Source: Frankiaceae bacterium (GTDB taxonomy: Bacteria > Actinomycetota > Actinomycetes > JAFAQI01). From it: a stretch of DNA of 64,000 nt. The translations under genes and the position numbers were made by a program. The stretch lies in contig JAFAZI010000031.1 of assembly GCA_019239875.1 (NCBI GenBank), forward strand, positions 9,233-73,232, read 5' to 3'. The notes under the pieces are model-generated. The model made no database searches. It worked only from the letters and a program-made list of their open reading frames with translations, and had not been told where the DNA came from. Positions 59,869-64,000 of the stretch are shown here, piece after piece. Each line of letters begins with the position of its first letter. The stretch's first letter is position 1.

Positions 59869-60428
59869 GACGTCATCCCGCCGAGGCCGACCAGCGCCCG
59901 GGCATGCTCGATCTCACCCATGTGGCGGAGACCGTGCTGATAGACCCAGCATTCGAGCGCATCGAGTCTGGTGAGTCCGGCCTCGCCGGCAACTCGCGCG
60001 CTGTAGGTGTTGGCGACCATGTCGGGCAGCGGGCGAGGGATGAGCAGGTCGGTGAGGCTCGTGGGATCGACGTCGGCCAGCCAGGTCTCAGTCTTCGTGA
60101 AGACGGCGGACATGTAGTTGGTAAACGCGTCGTAGTCGGTGATCCGCTGCGCCATCATCTCGCCGACGGTCCGCTCCTTGCCGTGGTCGTCGACCCCCGG
60201 TGCGATACGTGCCGCCCAGTCCGCGTCGTACACCGGCGCCGGTGCGCCACAGACGTGCGACGTGTCGTCCTCCATCCGGACCAGGTGGAACAGTGAGAAC
60301 GCGATCGGCAGCACGCCATCCCGCTCGACGTGGTTCACCTGCTCGACATCCATCGAGGCGACCGCGTCATGCCACAGCGAGTGCATCGCCGCCAGCCGAC
60401 GGCGCAGGCTGTCGAGGATCAGGTCCAT
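59865..60428 (-). CDS. DinB/YfiT-like family protein
   Basis: 187 aa with four-helix-bundle His motifs (LWHD...[12 protein letters not shown]...[13 protein letters not shown]). Start at ATG 60428 overlaps the DedA stop. Confidence 0.6.
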   Translation of the reverse strand: MDLILDSLRRRLAAMHSLWHDAVASMDVEQVNHVERDGVLPIAFSLFHLVRMEDDTSHVCGAPAPVYDADWAARIAPGVDDHGKERTVGEMMAQRITDYDAFTNYMSAVFTKTETWLADVDPTSLTDLLIPRPLPDMVANTYSARVAGEAGLTRLDALECWVYQHGLRHMGEIEHARALVGLGGMTS

Positions 60429-61054
60429 CAGGTTTCGCTTCCTCTCCGGCGTACGACGGCGACCGCGACAACGAGAACGACAACCGCACCACCGACGACC
60501 AGGACGCCGCGCCCGCTGAGGAACCGGCTCAGCGTGTCGAGGTGGCCTCCGGCCTGGTCGCCGATCGCGGCCCAGGCGATCGCCCAGACCAAGGCACCGA
60601 GGAGATTTGCCACGGCGAAGCGTCCGAACGGCATCTCGCTGACGCCTGCGACAAGTCCCGACCAACGGCGCAGGAAGGGCAGGAAGCGCGACACGAGCAC
60701 GATGATCACGCCTCGTCGGCGGTAGAAGTCCTCGGCGGAAGCGAGCCGTTCGTGGGTGATGCCGATCCTCGCGCCTTTCGCGACGATCAGCGGGTGCCCG
60801 GCACGGTCGCCGATGAGATAGCCGATCATGCTGCCGACCGCGGCGGCTGCGGTTGCGACCATGGCGACGGCGGTCAGGTCGAGATGTCCGTTGGCGGCGA
60901 AGACCGCTCCGACGACCATGGCGGCTTCCATCGGTACGACCGGTATTCCGATGTTGCCGAGCAGGATGGCTGCGCCGATCGCGAGGTAGCCGTGGTGGTC
61001 GATCAGCGGCGCGATGCTGCCGAAGATGCCGGGCAGGTCGTCGGAGGTCATCAT
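60428..61054 (-). CDS. DedA/VTT-domain family membrane protein
   Basis: 208 aa: HHGYLAIGAAILLGNIGIPVVP...GVIIVLVSRFLPFLRRWSGLVAGVS. Start at ATG 61054 overlaps the upstream stop. Confidence 0.75.
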   Translation of the reverse strand: MMTSDDLPGIFGSIAPLIDHHGYLAIGAAILLGNIGIPVVPMEAAMVVGAVFAANGHLDLTAVAMVATAAAAVGSMIGYLIGDRAGHPLIVAKGARIGITHERLASAEDFYRRRGVIIVLVSRFLPFLRRWSGLVAGVSEMPFGRFAVANLLGALVWAIAWAAIGDQAGGHLDTLSRFLSGRGVLVVGGAVVVLVVAVAVVRRRGSET

Positions 61055-62178
61055 CAGATTGTCGGCGGTGGGCCGTGCCGTGGCGACCGGAAGCGGCCGA
61101 CGCCGAACTCGGGTGCGGTCCTCACGGGCGGTGGTTCGTTGGCCCAGGCGGCGCGCAGGACGCGGAGCGCGCTGACCGACGCGACGGCCGGATCCGTCGA
61201 AGAGAGCCATGTGGCGGCGACGACGAGCCCGACAAGCAGGGCGATCGCGGCCCACCGTGCCCGGTTGTCGTCGAGTGCGCTCACGTGAGTGGCACGGACC
61301 ACCGCCCGCGGCGCGGCGGTCTCGGCAACCGTGGGTTGGGCGCCGTTGTCCGACCCGCCGGACGATGTCGCGCCGAGCGGCGGCAGCCCGCCGCCGTTGT
61401 CGGTGCCCGAGCCGCCGCCACCGTTGGAGAGCGGGCCGTTGTTGCTGCGAGGCGTCGAGCTCGTCTGGTTGGACTTCGGTGTGGGTGGGCTCGTCGGTGG
61501 CGGCACCGGTGTCGAGAAGCTGAGCAGCTTCAACGTGCTCGGTCCCGGCCGGGTGAACACGAGGCGCTCGAGGCCGATGGTGCCGGGCAGGATGATGAAC
61601 GACAGCCGGCGGCCGTGCGTGAGCCGGCCGATGCTCGTGAACTCAATCGACTTCTTGTCGACGGCGAGCGCACCGATGACGCTGCGCCGTTTGCAGCTGT
61701 ACGAAGGAGCGGCCGACCCGACCTGCTGCGCGCCCGGCTTCCACTTGGACGTGGTCGGGCAGGCGATGGGGGAGACGCCACCGGGCAGGCGGCCCTGGGC
61801 GTTGGTCAGCGTTGTCGCGCTCAGGTCGAGCCGCAACGTGCCCGCTGATGTGCCCGTCGGGAGGAGGAAGGACATCGCGGTCAGCGCCGCGACGCGGTGT
61901 TCGACCGGGACGGTGACCGGCGGAGCGACCGGCAGCTGCCCGGCGTCAGCGGTGAGCCCGTCGACGACCAGGTCGTGCTTGCCGACGCCCGGTTGCGGCA
62001 GCCCGGGTGCGGCCTTGGTCTCGCGGGTGACGTCGTACCACGCCGTAGCCGTCGGTGCGATCGACGCAGCTGCCTGCTTGTCGGGTGCGGCATGTGCGGG
62101 AGCAACGGCAAGCGTCAGACCCGCGGCGGCGGTACCGAGGAGCAGCGCGGCGATCACCGCGCGGCGTGGCGTGATCAT
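61054..62178 (-). CDS. secreted protein with Pro/Thr- and Gly-rich linker and a C-terminal TM anchor; N-terminal domain unknown
   Basis: Signal peptide (AALLLGTAAAGLTLAVAPAHA), a ~200-aa domain, a PPPTSPPTPKS...GGGGSGTDNGGG linker, and a hydrophobic helix (WAAIALLVGLVVAATWL) near the C-terminus. Start at ATG 62178 overlaps the ABC gene stop (ATGA). Confidence 0.55.
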   Translation of the reverse strand: MITPRRAVIAALLLGTAAAGLTLAVAPAHAAPDKQAAASIAPTATAWYDVTRETKAAPGLPQPGVGKHDLVVDGLTADAGQLPVAPPVTVPVEHRVAALTAMSFLLPTGTSAGTLRLDLSATTLTNAQGRLPGGVSPIACPTTSKWKPGAQQVGSAAPSYSCKRRSVIGALAVDKKSIEFTSIGRLTHGRRLSFIILPGTIGLERLVFTRPGPSTLKLLSFSTPVPPPTSPPTPKSNQTSSTPRSNNGPLSNGGGGSGTDNGGGLPPLGATSSGGSDNGAQPTVAETAAPRAVVRATHVSALDDNRARWAAIALLVGLVVAATWLSSTDPAVASVSALRVLRAAWANEPPPVRTAPEFGVGRFRSPRHGPPPTI

Positions 62179-64000
62179 GCCGTCGCTCCGGTTGTGACCA
62201 GCCCGGAACGATTGACGGTCGCATCGTTCGTGCCGAGGTACGAGGCGACGACCTGCGGATCGCGCAGGACCTCGTCGGGGGTGCCTTCCGCGATGACGCG
62301 GCCCAGTTCGAGGGCGAGCAGTCGATCGCTGATCGAGCAGATCAACGGCATGTCGTGCTCGATGACGAGCAGGCCGCAGTTCGCCTCGTCGCGGATTCGC
62401 AGGAGCAGCGGACCGAGCGCCTCCGTCTCGCGCTGCGCGATCCCGCTGCTGGGCTCGTCGAGGAGCAACACGTCCGGGTCGTAGGCCAGGGCCATCGCGA
62501 TGTCGACCATCCGTCGGGTCCCGGTCGACAGCTCGCGGACCAGCTTGTCGCGGTAGTTGCCGAGGTTGAGCAGCTCGATCAGGTCCGAGACGGTCCACGC
62601 GATGTGTCGTTCGGCCTCACTGACGTCGGGGAGGCACAACGCAGCCGCTAGGTGGTCTCGGACCTCGAGGTGTCGTTCGAGGGAGACCGCGATGTTCTCG
62701 GCGACCGACAGGCTTGCGAAGATCCGGGCGTCCTGGAACGACCGGCCGAGGCCGAGGCGGCCACGTTGGTCCGGCGACGCAGCGGTGACGTCTCCGCCGT
62801 TGAACCACACCGATCCGTCGATCGGTTTGAGGAATCCGCTGATCAGATCGAAGACGGTGGTCTTGCCGGCACCGTTCGGGCCGATCAGGCCGAGGATCTC
62901 CTTGTTCTTGACGGTGAACGACACGCTGTCGACCGCTCGCACGCCGCCGAACGCAACGCCGAGGTTTGTCACTCGCAGCAGATCGGGGCGGTCCTCGGTG
63001 CGAGGCGATGGCTTCCGCTTTCGGGGAGCGGGCACCGGAGCCGGCGCGTCAGCGGCGGCGAGGAACACCGACCGGACGATGTCGTCTCGCTCCAGCAGCT
63101 CGGCGGTCGAGCCTTCGAACCTGACCTCGCCCTTCTCCATGAAGTACGCGCGGTCGGCGATCGTCAACGCGACGTTCAGCGACTGTTCGACCAGGATGAC
63201 GGTGGTGCCCTCGGCGTTCAGCTGGCGGACGACGTCGAGCAGGCGCTCCACGATCGTCGGGGCGAGGCCGAGTGACAGCTCGTCGATGATGAGCAGCTGC
63301 GGTCGTGCGATGAATGCCATGCCGACCGCGAGCTGCTGGGCCTCGCCACCTGAGAGGTTGCCCGCGAGGGTGTCCCACTTGGTCTTCAAGTGGGGGAACC
63401 ACTCGAGCACCTGCGCCTCTGCGGCGTCGGCGTCGGTTTGCTGATCGCGCGTGTGCGTCCACCGGGCGGCTCGAAAATGATCGGCGACCGTGATCGTCGG
63501 GAAGATTCCCTTCCCGCCAGGCACTTGAGCGATGCCGTCGCGGGCACGGGCAACCGCGTCGTGCTTGGCGATGTCGCGACCCGCAAAGTGGATCGTGCCG
63601 GCCGACGATGCGGTGAGCCCGCTGACGGCGCGCAGCAGGGTCGACTTTCCCGCACCGTTGGTGCCGAGGAGAGCGAGGATCTCGCCCTGTCGGACGTGCA
63701 TGTTGACGCCGAACAGCACCTGGACGCCGTCGTACCCGACGTCGAGGTTGCGACAGACCAGCAGGGCGTCATCGGGTGGATCGTCGGCGTGGCTGCGGCT
63801 GGATGATTCACCGGCCGAGTCCTCGGCCGATTCCTGCCGGTCGGCGACGAGGCTTGGCAGGTCGATGCCGTGTCGGTCGGCGACGACCGCGAGGAACCGG
63901 TCGCGGAGTCTCACGCCGGTGGAGGCGATGCCGCCAGGGAAGAACGCGAGAACGAGCAAGACGCCGGATGACAGCCCGAGCTCGTCGATGACACTGAGCA
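62175..64000 (-). CDS. ABC transporter protein with tandem ATP-binding domains (branched-chain amino acid LivF-like + LivG-like), 5' end outside window
   Basis: Two complete NBDs (GTNGAGKSTL...LSGGEAQQLAV; GPNGAGKTTV...LSTGTRRMVDIAMAL). The reading frame stays open to the window edge. The first ~30 residues in the window (LVLAFFPGGIASTG) resemble a permease C-terminus. This is either a permease-ATPase fusion or a read-through of an overlapping liv permease gene. Confidence 0.7.
   Translation of the reverse strand, partial: LSVIDELGLSSGVLLVLAFFPGGIASTGVRLRDRFLAVVADRHGIDLPSLVADRQESAEDSAGESSSRSHADDPPDDALLVCRNLDVGYDGVQVLFGVNMHVRQGEILALLGTNGAGKSTLLRAVSGLTASSAGTIHFAGRDIAKHDAVARARDGIAQVPGGKGIFPTITVADHFRAARWTHTRDQQTDADAAEAQVLEWFPHLKTKWDTLAGNLSGGEAQQLAVGMAFIARPQLLIIDELSLGLAPTIVERLLDVVRQLNAEGTTVILVEQSLNVALTIADRAYFMEKGEVRFEGSTAELLERDDIVRSVFLAAADAPAPVPAPRKRKPSPRTEDRPDLLRVTNLGVAFGGVRAVDSVSFTVKNKEILGLIGPNGAGKTTVFDLISGFLKPIDGSVWFNGGDVTAASPDQRGRLGLGRSFQDARIFASLSVAENIAVSLERHLEVRDHLAAALCLPDVSEAERHIAWTVSDLIELLNLGNYRDKLVRELSTGTRRMVDIAMALAYDPDVLLLDEPSSGIAQRETEALGPLLLRIRDEANCGLLVIEHDMPLICSISDRLLALELGRVIAEGTPDEVLRDPQVVASYLGTNDATVNRSGLVTTGATA

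Overview
High-GC (~70%) chromosomal segment, most consistent with an Actinomycetota genome: it carries a SARP/AfsR regulator, mycothiol-type DinB/maleylpyruvate-isomerase-like genes, F420/LLM oxidoreductase, MMPL, Ku and Lon. I support about 58 protein-coding genes, one frameshifted pseudogene, one intergenic tandem-repeat block and one operator/terminator-like palindrome. I found no rRNA, tRNA, transposase, integrase, prophage or CRISPR-Cas genes. Most gene starts were placed by hand from the six-frame track, because several long ORFs carry spurious N-terminal extensions typical of high-GC DNA. Many neighbouring genes share overlapping stop/start codons (ATGA or TGATG), which I used to infer operons. 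The most unusual content is a signalling island at about 22.0-30.5 kb. It holds one HisKA_3 sensor kinase and an FtsX/ABC (Bce/MacB-like) transporter. It has three receiver proteins, one of which is a NarL-type regulator fused to a class III nucleotidyl cyclase. A cyclic-nucleotide-binding protein with an unrecognised N-terminal domain is divergently adjacent to that fusion, which makes either a cAMP regulatory circuit or a Pycsar-like cyclase/effector pair conceivable. The island is immediately followed by three ~100-bp tandem intergenic repeats in front of lon. Other notable items are a 1304-aa secreted S53 (sedolisin) peptidase with IPT/TIG repeats and an FN3 domain next to an AfsR-like STAND regulator. 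There is also a sulfatase-DJ-1/PfpI fusion inside an 8-gene translationally coupled operon of disparate functions, and a frameshifted DUF559 gene. The rest is ordinary housekeeping and catabolic content: a PotABCD-like transporter, menB, moaA, acyl-CoA oxidase, a haloalkane dehalogenase, a BVMO-type monooxygenase and several TetR regulators.
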